Shown here piece by piece: positions 48,178 through 59,014 of a stretch of DNA of 64,000 nucleotides. Every line of letters starts with the position of its first letter. The stretch's first letter is position 1. Below the pieces are notes generated by a model. That model was not told where the DNA came from. It saw nothing but the letters and a program-made list of their open reading frames with translations, and searched no databases. The stretch is from Candidatus Eiseniibacteriota bacterium. GTDB lineage: Bacteria > Eisenbacteria > RBG-16-71-46. The stretch spans positions 2,432,001 through 2,496,000 of the forward strand of contig OY970178.1 of assembly GCA_963707915.1 (NCBI GenBank), in the 5' to 3' direction. The translations under genes were made by a program, and so were the position numbers.

Positions 48178-49683
48178 CTACACCCCGGCGGCCCGCCGCG
48201 CCAGCCACTCCAGCAGCAATCGCACGCCGTAGCCGGTGGGGCCGCGTCGTTCGTGCGGCCGGTCCGCGGGCGCCCAGGCCGTGCCGGCGATGTCGAGGTG
48301 CGCCCAGCGCAGGTGTCCGGCGAAGTGCTTGAGGAAACGCGCCGCGACGCAGGCGCCACCGTCGCGGGTCGACGCCGCGTTGACCAGGTCGGCCGTGTCG
48401 CTCTCGAGGTCCTTCTCGTACTCGTCCCACAGGGGCATGCGCCACAACCGCTCGCCGGCCACCTCGCCCGCCGCGAGCAACTCGGCGGCCAGGCCGTCGT
48501 CGGCGGTGAACAGTCCCGCCACGTAGGGGCCCAGCGCGATCCCGATCGCCCCGGTCAGCGTCGCGAGATCCACGACCGTCGCGCCCTCGTAGCGCCTCGC
48601 GTAGACCAGCGCGTCGGCCAGCAGCAGCCTCCCCTCGGCGTCGGTGTTGGTGATCTCGACGAAGGTGCCGTTCATCGCGCGCAGCACGTCGCCGGGCTTG
48701 AGCGCCCGTCCGCCGGGCATGTTCTCGGCCGCGGCGACGAGCCCGACGATGCGCAGCGGCAGCGGCTCCGCGGGCAGGGCCGCGAACAACCCGAGCACGG
48801 CGGCGGCGCCGGCCATGTCGGACTTCATCTCGTGCAGGCCCTCGCGCGGCTTGAGCGAGATGCCGCCCGAGTCGAAGGTCACGCCCTTGCCCACCACGAC
48901 GACCGTGGGCGGCCGCTTGCCGCGCGACGCCCTCGCCCCGCGTTCGAGCACGATGAAGCGCGGCGGGTGCGCGCTGCCGCGCCCCACGCCCAGGATGCCG
49001 TTCATGCCGAGGCGCTCCATCGCGGGCACGTCGAGCACCTCGAGCTTCGCCCCCGCGGCGTGCGCCACCTCCTTCGCGCGGTCCGCCAGCCGCTCCGGGG
49101 TGAGGTCGCTGCCCGGCGTGCAGGTCAGGTCGCGCGCCAGCACCGCGCCCCGGGCCCAACGCGCGCCGCGCTCGACCGCCGCCGCGAGCAGCGCCGCACG
49201 CTCCTTGCCGGGCTCGATCACCTCGACCCGCTTGAGCGCCGGGGCCCCGGGCCGGGTCCGGTAGGCGGTGAAGCGCCAGGGCCCCAGCACGGCGCCCTCG
49301 GCGGTGGCCTGCGCGGCCGCGGCCGGATCGAGCCGGTCCGCGCCGAGCGCGGGGAGCACGACGGTGCCGGCGCGCGACTCGCGGGCCTTGCGCACCGCGG
49401 CCGCGGCGGCGAGCCGGACGCGCTGGAGCGAGAACCCGGTCCGCGGTCCGAGCCCCACGACCAGGACGCACCGGGCCTTGAGGCCCTTCGGGTAGAGCAC
49501 CGCGATCTCGGCGTGCGCCCCGCCGAAGTCGCGGCGGGCGATCAGGGCCGCGAGGGCGCCGTGGGTCACGCGGTCCACTTCCGCCGCGGCGCCGGCGAGC
49601 TTCCGCTCGCCCTTGAGGAGGCCGACGACCAGCGCCCCGGCCGGGCGTTGCACGAGGTTCCCGCAGCGGAAGACGACGTCCAT
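48178..49683 (-). CDS. pepA: Leucyl aminopeptidase (M17)
   Basis: VGKGVTFDSGG, MKSDMAGAA, AENM, NTDAEGRL.LAD, D.ATLTGA, WAHLDIAG. Confidence 0.95.
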   Translation of the reverse strand: MDVVFRCGNLVQRPAGALVVGLLKGERKLAGAAAEVDRVTHGALAALIARRDFGGAHAEIAVLYPKGLKARCVLVVGLGPRTGFSLQRVRLAAAAAVRKARESRAGTVVLPALGADRLDPAAAAQATAEGAVLGPWRFTAYRTRPGAPALKRVEVIEPGKERAALLAAAVERGARWARGAVLARDLTCTPGSDLTPERLADRAKEVAHAAGAKLEVLDVPAMERLGMNGILGVGRGSAHPPRFIVLERGARASRGKRPPTVVVVGKGVTFDSGGISLKPREGLHEMKSDMAGAAAVLGLFAALPAEPLPLRIVGLVAAAENMPGGRALKPGDVLRAMNGTFVEITNTDAEGRLLLADALVYARRYEGATVVDLATLTGAIGIALGPYVAGLFTADDGLAAELLAAGEVAGERLWRMPLWDEYEKDLESDTADLVNAASTRDGGACVAARFLKHFAGHLRWAHLDIAGTAWAPADRPHERRGPTGYGVRLLLEWLARRAAGV

Positions 49684-50009
49684 GAGACGGCCCTCATCGG
49701 ATGGGGCGGAGCGGCGGCGGACCGCGGCAGACTAGCGGATGCGGAGCGGTTCCCCAACAGGCACTTACGCGGCTTTCGCCCGCGCGCGCCGGGGGCCTCG
49801 CACCACCCGCGCGCGCGACGCATCCAACCGGGAGCGCCGGAGCGCTTGCGTCGCTTGAGGGCCCGCTGCATCCTGTGGCCGGACGGCCCGGATCCGTGAT
49901 CCGGGCGAGCGTGCCCGTGGCGCACCAGGGACCGGATGCGGAGATGCACACCCGCCGGCGGGCAAACGAGCCCCGAAGGGAATCCGGGGCGACACCAAGG
50001 AGAGACGAC

Positions 50010-50795
50010 ATGCGACTTCGTCCGTGGATCATCCTCAGCCTGGCCGTCGTGATGGCTGCTTCCGTCGCCGGCTGCGGCGCCAAGAAGGACGCGCAGACCA
50101 CGATGGCCGACAGCACGGCCTTCGCGACCAACCCGACGGAACAGGGCCAGGGCGGCCTCGCCCCGCAGGGACAGGTCCCGCCGCCCGAGCCGGTGGCGGA
50201 GCCCCGGGCGGAGACGCCCAGGAAGTCCCCGGCACCGGCGCCGAAGGCCGCGGCGCCCAGGCCGGCCGCCTCGCCCGCACCGAACCCCGGCCTCACCGTG
50301 CCCGCGGGCACGGCCATCACCATCACCGTCAGCACGCCGATCTCCTCGGAGACCGCGCAGGTCGGTGACACGTGGAGCGGCGTGGTGAAGGACAACGTCG
50401 TCGTCGGCGACAAGACCGTGATCCCGTCGGGCAGCACCGTCAGCGGGACGGTGAGCGCGGTGAAGTCCGCCGCCAAGGGCGACCGCGCCATGCTCGACCT
50501 GGCCATCGGCTCGATGACCGTCGAAGGCGCGGGCTACCAGGCGCATGCCACCACCCAGGCGATCGAGGCCGGCTCCACGCGCGCGCGCAACCTCGGCGCC
50601 ATCGCGGGCGGCGCGGGCGCCGGAGCGCTCATCGGCGGAGCGATCGGCGGCAAGAAGGGCGCCGTGATCGGCGGACTGCTCGGCGGAGCGGGCGCCGGCA
50701 CCGCGGTGGCGAAGTCGAAGGGCTACCAGGTGGTGCTCAAGGAGGGCACGGAGCTCACCTTCTCGACCAGCGACCCGGTGAACATCAAGCGCTGA
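50010..50795 (+). CDS. Lipoprotein with Pro-rich linker and glycine-zipper
   Basis: Lipobox VAGC; TVPAGT.I...ISS..A.VGD; GAIAGGAGAGALIGGAIGGKKGA; AAGGAG RBS. Confidence 0.8.
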   Translation: MRLRPWIILSLAVVMAASVAGCGAKKDAQTTMADSTAFATNPTEQGQGGLAPQGQVPPPEPVAEPRAETPRKSPAPAPKAAAPRPAASPAPNPGLTVPAGTAITITVSTPISSETAQVGDTWSGVVKDNVVVGDKTVIPSGSTVSGTVSAVKSAAKGDRAMLDLAIGSMTVEGAGYQAHATTQAIEAGSTRARNLGAIAGGAGAGALIGGAIGGKKGAVIGGLLGGAGAGTAVAKSKGYQVVLKEGTELTFSTSDPVNIKR

Positions 50796-50822
50796 TCCGC
50801 AGGACGCCGGCGCACCACGACG

Positions 50823-50849
50823 CGGCCCCGGGGCATCGCCCCGGGGCCG
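50823..50849 (+). terminator. GC-rich hairpin
   Basis: CGGCCCCGGGGC-ATC-GCCCCGGGGCCG. Confidence 0.55.
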
Positions 50850-51114
50850 TTGCCGTCCCCGCCGACGCGGCGCATCGAGCGGGCCGCGCGCCCGCGGGTC
50901 GCTCGATGCGCTGTCCCGGACCGGTACCCGCCGTGGCGAACGGTGGCCCGCCGGGTACACCCCGGATCGCGGGCCGGATGGCCCGGCGTTGGGGCCCTTG
51001 GGGTTCGCCGCTCGCGGCGCGTGGCACGCGGACTGCTGGGTTCACCGACCGGGTGCGGTCTCCCCCTGGTCGGTTCACCGCCGCGGCCGCCGGGCCGGGC
51101 ACAACGGAGGATCC

Positions 51115-52086
51115 ATGCGAAACAGAATCCTGCTGGCAGCGTCCCTGCTCGCGGCCGTCGGCCTGTTCGCCGGCTGCGGGAAGAACACCGTGAACTCCCC
51201 CGTCGCGAAGACCGACGCGCCCTCGCTCGACCAGGCCGAGGTCGCGGCCGTGGTCGCGATGGCGCCCGAGGTGGTCGAGGACGGGCAGTTCGAGAGCACC
51301 GACGTCACCACCATGGACTCGGGCACGGGCACCCCGGGGGCGCTCGCCGCGATCAGCCCGCTGCGCTTCTGGCGCGTCATCACCGACTCGGAGCGCCGCT
51401 GCGAGTTCGCCTTCGCCGACCCCGACTCGAACGGGCGGCCCACGACCGCCGTGGTCACGGTCTACAAGGCGCTCGCCGGGCGCTTCAACATTCTGACCGG
51501 CGTGCCGGGCGGCGACAGCACGGCCTTCGACTCGTCGCTCAGCGTCGTCCGCAAGCCGCTGGCCGACCGCTGGGTGCGCCGCATCCTGCTCCAGCGCGTC
51601 CCCGCCGCCGACTCCGCCGGCCGCGTGTGGCGCGTGGTGGCGACCTCCGGGGCGAGGGTCACCTCGCGCGACGCGACGACCCGGATCGCGAGCCTGCGCG
51701 TCCAGGCCGCGGGGACGGACACCACGATCGCCGAACCGCTGGGCTTCTTCCACCTGCGCCGCATCCTGAAGCTCGAGCCCGGCACCCCGGTCACGCTCAC
51801 CGTGACCACGCTGAAGAACGACGACGTCGTCGTGCTGTGCCGCTTCGGGCACCGGTTCCGTTTCCGCAACAACGGCGACAACACCTACACCGCGACCTGG
51901 CTGGTGCCGGACCTGCGCGCGGGGAACGGGCCGCAGCCGGGCCCGGGCCGCCCGCCCATCTTCCACTTCGGCGTGAACGCGCTCTCGCACGGGACGCTGT
52001 TCGACGACCAGGCGCCGTACGATTCGCAGGCCTGGCTGCTGCCCGTGATCCTCGCGCCCGACCAGGTCCCGGACGCGCTGCCCTAG
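51115..52086 (+). CDS. Hypothetical lipoprotein
   Basis: GGAGG RBS, lipobox FAGC. Confidence 0.75.
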   Translation: MRNRILLAASLLAAVGLFAGCGKNTVNSPVAKTDAPSLDQAEVAAVVAMAPEVVEDGQFESTDVTTMDSGTGTPGALAAISPLRFWRVITDSERRCEFAFADPDSNGRPTTAVVTVYKALAGRFNILTGVPGGDSTAFDSSLSVVRKPLADRWVRRILLQRVPAADSAGRVWRVVATSGARVTSRDATTRIASLRVQAAGTDTTIAEPLGFFHLRRILKLEPGTPVTLTVTTLKNDDVVVLCRFGHRFRFRNNGDNTYTATWLVPDLRAGNGPQPGPGRPPIFHFGVNALSHGTLFDDQAPYDSQAWLLPVILAPDQVPDALP

Positions 52087-52113
52087 GCTTCGCACGGGAC
52101 GACCATCAACGAA

Positions 52114-52143
52114 CCGGTCCGGCCCCCTCGGGGACCGGACCGG
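52114..52143. terminator. Hairpin between convergent genes
   Basis: CCGGTCCGG-CCCCC-TC-GGGGA-CCGGACCGG. Confidence 0.5.
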
Positions 52144-52185
52144 CGCACGATCGCGGGGGATCCGGCACGCGGCCGCACCGCCCCC

Positions 52186-52731
52186 CTAGTTCTCCTCCTC
52201 CTGCTCGTCGTCCACGCCGTCGTCCACCTCTTCCGGCTCCAGCTCGTCGCTCACGCGCCCCTGGCGGAAGATCTCGGCCCACTCCTCGATCTCCTTCTTG
52301 GAGAGCGCGACCGGCTGCGCGGGATTCTTCGGCGACACCGGTCCCATCACGCTCGCCAGGAACAGGTCCGAGAGCGAGACGTCGGCGCCCATGGCGCGCG
52401 CATGGCGCGCGACCTCGAGGTCGGAGGTCACCACGGTGATCCGGTCGATCCGCCTCATCTGCTCCTCGACCAGTCCGCGGATCACGTCGTCGGCCGACTT
52501 CGGCGGGCGCGAGTAACGGACCTCGACGCGGCCCTGGCGCTCCTCCGAACTGATGCCCTCGGCGCCGTCGAAGACCACGAGGAACTTCGCGTCGCCCGAG
52601 CCCACCGCCCACGAGAGCAGGTTCACGAGCTTCTCGCGGGCCTGGCGCAGCGTGCGATCCGGCCCGGGCCGCAGGGCCGCCGAGCGGTGGATGAGGTTGT
52701 AGCCGTCCACGATGATGAGGCGGTCACCCAT
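52186..52731 (-). CDS. NYN domain protein (YacP/Rae1-like PIN ribonuclease)
   Basis: IIVDGYNLI, VVFDG, SADDVI, VVTSD; acidic tail. Confidence 0.88.
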   Translation of the reverse strand: MGDRLIIVDGYNLIHRSAALRPGPDRTLRQAREKLVNLLSWAVGSGDAKFLVVFDGAEGISSEERQGRVEVRYSRPPKSADDVIRGLVEEQMRRIDRITVVTSDLEVARHARAMGADVSLSDLFLASVMGPVSPKNPAQPVALSKKEIEEWAEIFRQGRVSDELEPEEVDDGVDDEQEEEN

Positions 52732-52789
52732 GGTGAGCTCCGGGAAGATGGCGGTCGGGGGATCGGGCCCGGAGTATAGCGCAGAGCGG

Positions 52790-53434
52790 CTACGCCGCGG
52801 TCTGGCCGTCGGCGAACGGGTGCCGCGCCACGAGTTGAGCCACCACGCCGCGTGCCTCCAGCGGGTCGAGCGCGACGCCGAAGCGCACCGGCCGGCTCGC
52901 GTAGGTGAAGCAGATGCCCGGCCCGCCGATCCCGATGGCCCGCAGCACCGTCTTCGCCTGCTCCGCCGGCACGGCCTGGGTCCCGCCGTTCACCGGTGCG
53001 CCATGGGCCACCGGCGCCGCCGTGAGTGGCGGGATCGGCTGCGCGCGGAGGTTGCGGATCCGGTCGAGCTCGTAGGCCCGCGTCGGCCCCAGCCCGAACG
53101 CCTCGCGCTGGATGGTGAGCGCGTCCGGACGCAATCGCACGCGCTCGTGGCCGACCAGCATCCACAGGCAGACGGAGAGCGCCGCGGTGCCACCAAAGGT
53201 CCAGAACGCGAGCCAGACGGCGAGGAACGCCTTCGCCGGGGCGGGCGCGGGCGAGAGGAGCTGCCGCAGCGCGAACGCCTCGCCGGTCGCCCAGCCTGCC
53301 AGCCACAACCCCAGGAAGACGATCATCGGCCAGACGCGCGGGGCCGGGATGACGAACTCCAGCCCCTCGGCGCTGTCGTTCACGACCGCGCGCGGCGCGG
53401 GGGTTCCGCCGTAGTCCGCGAGTCCCACACCCAT
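52790..53434 (-). CDS. Hypothetical membrane protein
   Basis: Two Trp-rich TM helices (FLGLWLAGW; FLAVWLAFWTFGG) then soluble domain; 2 nt downstream of preceding gene. Confidence 0.7.
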   Translation of the reverse strand: MGVGLADYGGTPAPRAVVNDSAEGLEFVIPAPRVWPMIVFLGLWLAGWATGEAFALRQLLSPAPAPAKAFLAVWLAFWTFGGTAALSVCLWMLVGHERVRLRPDALTIQREAFGLGPTRAYELDRIRNLRAQPIPPLTAAPVAHGAPVNGGTQAVPAEQAKTVLRAIGIGGPGICFTYASRPVRFGVALDPLEARGVVAQLVARHPFADGQTAA

Positions 53435-53436
53435 CG

Positions 53437-54672
53437 CTACTCCCCGCCCGACGCCGTGTGGCGGATGGTCCCGTTGTCCCCCACGGCCCAGCCGCGCCGC
53501 GCGTCGAGGAAGAACACGGCCCGCAGGCGGAACGGGCTGTTCGAGACCTGCGGAGTCCAGGAGGCGCCGGCGTCGGAGGTGCGCAGCACGGCGCCCGTGG
53601 TGTTCACGCCCACCGCGAATCCGGTCAGCGTGTCCACCAGGCACACGCCTTCGAGCTGGTAGAGGCTCCCCGCGTTGCCGAGCTCCCACGCGACGGAATC
53701 CGGCGTGGCCGAGGTGCGCAGCACCACGCCCATCTCGCCGACCGCCACGGCCCGCTCCGCGTCGAGACGCCACAGACCCTTGAGCGGCTGCGAGGTGAGA
53801 TAGGGCGCCGTGAACCACGTGACACCGCGATCGTGCGTGCCCAGGACGATGCCGTTGTCGCCGACCGCCCAGCCGTCCTTCGTGCCGGAGAAGCCGACGC
53901 TGTTGATCGTCATGCCGCCGCGCAGGGTCCGCCGCCAGTTCAGCCCGCGGTCGACGGTCGACAGGATCAGGCCGCCCGCACCCACGACCCAGCCGGTGTC
54001 GCGGCTGGCGAAGGTGACGGACGTCAGGTTCTCGCTGCTGGCCACGCTGGTGACCTGCGTCCAGGTCGCGCCGGAGTCCAGCGTGTGAAGCACGGTGCCG
54101 GCGTGTCCCACGGCCCAGCCCTCCAGGGCGCTGGTGAACCAGACTCCGCGCAACGTGACGGTGGTCGGCACGCGACGCGTCCAGGTGGCGCCGGCGTCGG
54201 TGGTCGAGAGCACGACTCCGCCGCTGCCGACGGCCCAGCCGAGCCGTCCGGCGCCGTCGAAGTAGACACCGTAGAGGTCCTCGGCGGCATTGCTCGTCTG
54301 CAGCAGCCAGCCCGGCGCCGTGGGATAGACCAGCACCGTGGCGGTGTCGGCCTTGCCGCCGCCCGAGACGACGAGCAGCGCACTGCCCTCCCCGACCGCG
54401 GTCACACCGCCGGTCGAGGTGACGGTGAACACGCCCCGGTTGTTCGAGGCCCAGTCGAGCGGGCCGGTGTAGGGGACGCCGTCGGTGCCCACGGCCACGG
54501 CCGTGAACTGGCTGGCCTGGCCCACGTTGAGCGTGTCGGCGTGGACGGAAAGGACCAGGGACCGGAGCGGCGGGACGACGGGGGTCGTGACCGGTTTCGT
54601 CGCCTTCCCGCAGCCTGCCAGCAGGACCAGCAGGCCGAGGAACAGCGTCAGACGCTTGAGGGTCGGTTTCAT
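53437..54672 (-). CDS. Lipoprotein with Ig-like (Big_2) domain and YCF48/BNR beta-propeller repeats
   Basis: Lipobox LAGC; W.S.N..V.TV...G.VTAVG.G; repeated GWAVG..G..L.T.D.G.TW. Confidence 0.85.
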   Translation of the reverse strand: MKPTLKRLTLFLGLLVLLAGCGKATKPVTTPVVPPLRSLVLSVHADTLNVGQASQFTAVAVGTDGVPYTGPLDWASNNRGVFTVTSTGGVTAVGEGSALLVVSGGGKADTATVLVYPTAPGWLLQTSNAAEDLYGVYFDGAGRLGWAVGSGGVVLSTTDAGATWTRRVPTTVTLRGVWFTSALEGWAVGHAGTVLHTLDSGATWTQVTSVASSENLTSVTFASRDTGWVVGAGGLILSTVDRGLNWRRTLRGGMTINSVGFSGTKDGWAVGDNGIVLGTHDRGVTWFTAPYLTSQPLKGLWRLDAERAVAVGEMGVVLRTSATPDSVAWELGNAGSLYQLEGVCLVDTLTGFAVGVNTTGAVLRTSDAGASWTPQVSNSPFRLRAVFFLDARRGWAVGDNGTIRHTASGGE

Positions 54673-54996
54673 GGCTCGCTTGGGGTTCGGGTGACGCGGG
54701 GCGAGCGGACGTGCCGCCGCCGGGACCAACCGATGGGGTGCAATTCCAGGGCCGGATGTCCCCGTTGCAGGCACGCAGGTTAGCACGGTCCGACGATGCA
54801 GGATGCGGGAGGGCGGTCCAGTTTCTGCGCGGTCCGGCTCCGACTTGTCCGGCGCCCGGCCGCCGGCGGGCGGCCGACCGGGCCCCGGCGCGCGGCCCCG
54901 GGCGCCGGTCTTGAGCCGCGGGCGGGGTTCTTCTAGTCTGGCCATCCACGCTGCACCGCGCCCCACCGGGACCGCGGCCCACCCTGGAGACCCTCG

Positions 54997-55947
54997 ATGC
55001 TCGAAGTCCGCGACATCGTCAAGACCTTCGATGGCCGTGCGGCCGTCAACCGCGTGTCGTTCGAGGTCCGGCCCGGCGAGATCTTCGCCCTGCTGGGGCC
55101 CAACGGCGCCGGCAAGACCACGCTCATCCGCATGATCACCGACATCCTCAAGCCCGACTCGGGCGAGATCGTCCTCGACGGCAGCCGCGTCGGCGGCGAC
55201 TCGCGGCGGCAGATCGCCTACCTGCCCGAGGAGCGCGGACTGTACCGGCGCGTCTCGCCGATCGACGTGCTGGTCTACTACGGGCAGCTCAAGGGCCTCT
55301 CCCCGCACGCGGCGCACGCGGCCGGGCTCGCGCTGCTCGCTCGGATGGAACTCGCCGACTGGGCCACGAAGCAGGTCCAGGCCCTGTCGAAGGGCATGCA
55401 GCAGAAGGTGCAGTTCTGCACCGCGCTGATCGGGGACCCCCGGCTGCTGATCCTCGACGAGCCCTTCACCGGCCTCGACCCGCTCAACACGCAGCTCTTC
55501 GAGGAGATCCTCGCCGAGCGCCGGGCGGCGGGCAGCACGGTGCTGCTCTCGACCCACCAGATGAACAAGGTCGAGGAGCTGTGCGACCGCGCGCTGATGA
55601 TCAACCGCGGGCACATGGTGCTCTACGGCTCGGTGCGCGACTTCCGCCGCCAGTACGCGGACCACGCCGTGATGGTGCGCTGCGACCGGCGACCGGACGC
55701 GGTGGCCGGGGTCCACGCCGTCACCCCGGTGAACGGCGAGTGGAAGCTGATGCTCGAGCCTTCCGCCAGCCCGCAGTCGGTGCTGCAGGCACTGGTGGCG
55801 TCCGGACTGGGGATCGAGTCGTTCGCGATCGCGAACCTGCCGCTCGAGGACGTCTTCGTGAAGGTCGTGCGCGAGGGTCTCGGCCTCGACCACGGACAGA
55901 GCGGGCCGCTGCTGCCGGACGAGCCCGCGAAGGGGGCCGCACGATGA
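54997..55947 (+). CDS. ABC transporter ATP-binding protein
   Basis: GPNGAGKT, LSKGMQQK, LILDEPF, STH. Confidence 0.93.
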   Translation: MLEVRDIVKTFDGRAAVNRVSFEVRPGEIFALLGPNGAGKTTLIRMITDILKPDSGEIVLDGSRVGGDSRRQIAYLPEERGLYRRVSPIDVLVYYGQLKGLSPHAAHAAGLALLARMELADWATKQVQALSKGMQQKVQFCTALIGDPRLLILDEPFTGLDPLNTQLFEEILAERRAAGSTVLLSTHQMNKVEELCDRALMINRGHMVLYGSVRDFRRQYADHAVMVRCDRRPDAVAGVHAVTPVNGEWKLMLEPSASPQSVLQALVASGLGIESFAIANLPLEDVFVKVVREGLGLDHGQSGPLLPDEPAKGAAR

Positions 55948-57233
55948 ACTTCTCCTGGAGACGCGCGTGGATCGTGGCACGGCGCGAGTTCCTCACCACC
56001 GTGAAGCGCAAGGCCTTCCTCTTCACCCTGATCGCGGTTCCGCTCTACTTCGGCGGCGTCATGACGCTGGCGAGCCGCGGCTCGATGTCGGTGCGCCGCG
56101 ACTCGATGCGGGCCTTCACGCGGCTGGGCGTGGTGGACTCCTCGGGGCTGCTCGCCGGCGCGGCGCGCGAGATCACGACCCGCATGGCGCCGGACCCGGA
56201 GTCCGCTCCCGGGACGCTGGAGACCTACCGCACCGCGGTCGTGTTCTACCCGGACCAGGCGGGCCTCGAGCAGGCCCTGCGCTCCGGCGCGATCGCCCAG
56301 GGCCTGACGGTCTCGGCGGACTACCTCGCCAGCGGCGTGACCCGGCGCTACGCCCGCTCGACCGGCACCTTCGGCTCGACCTCCTCGGTGCGCCCGATCG
56401 AGCGCTGGCTCGCGCGGAGCCTGCTCGCCGGCCACGCCGACTCCCTGCGCATCGAGCGCGCCACGCGGCCCGCGGGCGGCATGGACCTCTACACGCTCGG
56501 CAAGGACGACCGCTTCAAGGTCCGCGACGAACGCCGCGAGATGCTGGAGTTCATGGTGCCGTTCATGGTCTCGATCCTGCTGGGCGTGTGCATCATGACC
56601 GGCGGCCAGTACCTGCTGCAGGGCGTCAGCGAGGAGAAGGAGTCCCGCATCCTCGAGTCGCTGCTCTGCACGCTCTCGCCCGAGGACCTGCTGGCCGGGA
56701 AGTTGGTCGGCCTGGGCGGGGTCGGCTTCGCGCTGGTGGCCGTCTGGATGGGGGTGGGATTCGTGGTGAGCGCGCCGATGCTGGCGACGGCGCAGTTCCC
56801 GCTGTCGCCGGGACTGCTGGCGCTCGCGGTGGCGTACTTCATCCTCGGCTACGTGTTCTTCGCCAGCATCATGACGGGCATCGGGGCGGTCACCAACAAC
56901 ATGCGCGAGGCCCAGCAGTTCTCGATGATGTTCTCGTTCGCGAACCTGGTGCCCATCATCGTGCTGACCCAGATCCTCTCGAAGCCGGACGGCGCGCTCG
57001 CCGTGACGCTCTCGATGCTCCCGTTCACCGCCGCCACCGCCATGATGCTGCGGCTCGGCACGCCCTCGTCCGCCGTGCCGGCCTGGCAGATCGCCCTCTC
57101 GCTCGCGCTGCTCGGGCTCTCGGGCTGGCTGGTGCTGCGTGGCGCGGCCCGGGTGTTCCGCATCGGGCTGCTGATGACCGGCAAGACGCCGAACCTCCCG
57201 GAGATCCTGCGCTGGGCGCGCGCCGGCAAGTGA
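55944..57233 (+). CDS. ABC-2 type transporter permease (NatB-like)
   Basis: VARREF...VK.K.F, V.EEKESRILE.LL, L.GK..G; ATGA overlap with the ATPase gene. Confidence 0.9.
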   Translation: MNFSWRRAWIVARREFLTTVKRKAFLFTLIAVPLYFGGVMTLASRGSMSVRRDSMRAFTRLGVVDSSGLLAGAAREITTRMAPDPESAPGTLETYRTAVVFYPDQAGLEQALRSGAIAQGLTVSADYLASGVTRRYARSTGTFGSTSSVRPIERWLARSLLAGHADSLRIERATRPAGGMDLYTLGKDDRFKVRDERREMLEFMVPFMVSILLGVCIMTGGQYLLQGVSEEKESRILESLLCTLSPEDLLAGKLVGLGGVGFALVAVWMGVGFVVSAPMLATAQFPLSPGLLALAVAYFILGYVFFASIMTGIGAVTNNMREAQQFSMMFSFANLVPIIVLTQILSKPDGALAVTLSMLPFTAATAMMLRLGTPSSAVPAWQIALSLALLGLSGWLVLRGAARVFRIGLLMTGKTPNLPEILRWARAGK

Positions 57234-58714
57234 CCGCAGCGCCCCCGGCGGCCCCGGCCCTGCCCCGCTGGCGGGTGTTCCCCGCGCTGGCGCTGGGCAC
57301 GGTCATGGCGGTGCTCGACATCAGCGTGGTCAACATCGCGCTGCCCACGCTGTCGCGCACGTTCGGCGTGCCGCTCACGTCGATCGAGTGGGTGGTGCTC
57401 GCCTACGTGCTCACGATCAGCGGACTGCTGCTCACCATGGGCCGGCTCGCGGACTTCGTGGGCCGCCGCCGCGTCTACGGCGCCGGGCTGACGCTGTTCA
57501 TGCTGGCCTCGGCGCTGTGCGCGGCCGCGCCTTCGGCCAACCTGCTGGTGGCCGCGCGGGCGCTGCAGGGCCTCGGCGCCGCCATGATGTCCGCCAACAG
57601 CACCGCGCTGCTCATCGCCGCCTTCGGGCCCGAGGAACGCGGGCGCGCGCTCGGCGCCTTCGGCGCGATGGTGGGCGTGGGGCTGGCGCTCGGCCCGCCG
57701 CTCGGCGGCATCCTGGTCGGGCACTTCTCGTGGCGCTGGATCTTCCTCATCAACCTGCCGGTCGGGCTCTTCGCCCAATGGCAGCTCTGGACGATGGTGC
57801 CGGGCGATCCCCCGGGCCGCCGCGAGAGCCTGAGCCTCGCGGCCGCCGCGCTCTGGTGCGGCGCGCTGGTGGCGGTGACGCTCGCGCTCTCGCGGGGCCC
57901 CGCGCACGGCTGGGGCGACACGGGCGTGTGGCCGCTCTTCGTGCTGGCCGTCGTGCTGCTGGCGCTGTTCGCCCGGGACGAGGCGCGCGCGCGGCACCCG
58001 CTGCTGCCGCTCGACCTGCTGCGCGGGCCGCTCGGGATCGCGACCACGCTGACGCTGGTCGTGAACGGGCTCTCGATCAGCGTCGGCTTCCACCTGCCGC
58101 TGTACCTCGAGGAGGTGCTGCGCTTCGACGCTGCCCGGAGCGGGCGCTGGCTCGCGGTGCTGCCGCTGCTCGCGCTCGTCCTGGCGCCGCTCGCCGGGCG
58201 CTGGTCCGATCGCATCGGGACGCGGGCGCTGTCGGTCGCCGGCATGCTGCTCGCCGCCGCGGGCTTCGCGGTGATGTCGCAGGTCGGCACGACCCCGCAT
58301 CCCGGCCACATCCTCGGCGGGATGGCGTTGATCGGCGCCGGCATCGGCATCTTCACGGTGCCCAACTCGAGCGCCGCGATGGGCAGCGTGCCGCCCGAGC
58401 GGCTGGGCCTGGCTTCGGGGCTGCAGGCGACCATGCGCAACCTCGGCATCGCCTCGGGCGCGGCGGCGATGGCCGCGATCGTGGCTTCGCGCTTCGCCGC
58501 GCACGGCGGCGGGACGCTGGCGGCGGCCGCGCACGGTGGGGCAACGCACCCACTGGCCTTCGCGCTGGCCACCCGCGACGCCTACCTGGTCATGGCGGCC
58601 GTCGCGGTGGCCGCGGCGGCGCTGTCCCTGCGGCAGGCGGGCGGGGCGCGGCAGGGCCCGGGGGCACGGCTCCAGCGCCACGATTTGTCCTTGGCGCCAC
58701 GGGCGGATCGCTGA
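57230..58714 (+). CDS. MFS efflux transporter, DHA2 (EmrB/QacA) family
   Basis: MAVLDISVVNIALP, GRLAD..GRRR, ARALQGLG, GPPLGG.L...SWRWIFLINLP; GTGA overlap. Confidence 0.9.
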   Translation: MTAAPPAAPALPRWRVFPALALGTVMAVLDISVVNIALPTLSRTFGVPLTSIEWVVLAYVLTISGLLLTMGRLADFVGRRRVYGAGLTLFMLASALCAAAPSANLLVAARALQGLGAAMMSANSTALLIAAFGPEERGRALGAFGAMVGVGLALGPPLGGILVGHFSWRWIFLINLPVGLFAQWQLWTMVPGDPPGRRESLSLAAAALWCGALVAVTLALSRGPAHGWGDTGVWPLFVLAVVLLALFARDEARARHPLLPLDLLRGPLGIATTLTLVVNGLSISVGFHLPLYLEEVLRFDAARSGRWLAVLPLLALVLAPLAGRWSDRIGTRALSVAGMLLAAAGFAVMSQVGTTPHPGHILGGMALIGAGIGIFTVPNSSAAMGSVPPERLGLASGLQATMRNLGIASGAAAMAAIVASRFAAHGGGTLAAAAHGGATHPLAFALATRDAYLVMAAVAVAAAALSLRQAGGARQGPGARLQRHDLSLAPRADR

Positions 58715-59014
58715 GACAATCATGGGAGTGCTCTGAGGATCCGGGTCTCCACCGGCCCGCCACCCGCGTTTGGCAGACGCGGGAGGCCGGACCTGGGTCC
58801 GGTCCTTCGGGGCGAGTTCGGAGGCCACCCCGGGCAGTAAAGACGGGTCCGCACGACCCCTGCCCCGCGGCGGCGCGGAAGCAGCGATGCGCGGCGATCA
58901 AGCGTCGCCACCCTGCGTCCCTCCTGAACGGCACGGGCGGCTGCCCGCCCGCGAGCAGACGGGATCGCCCGGGTGTCTCCCGGGCGATTTTCGTCGCGGG
59001 GCGGGTCGCTCCCG

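Noticed and set aside
52186..52731. NYN/PIN protein as a toxin-antitoxin or defence toxin
   Set aside because: No adjacent antitoxin; it fits the housekeeping YacP-like family
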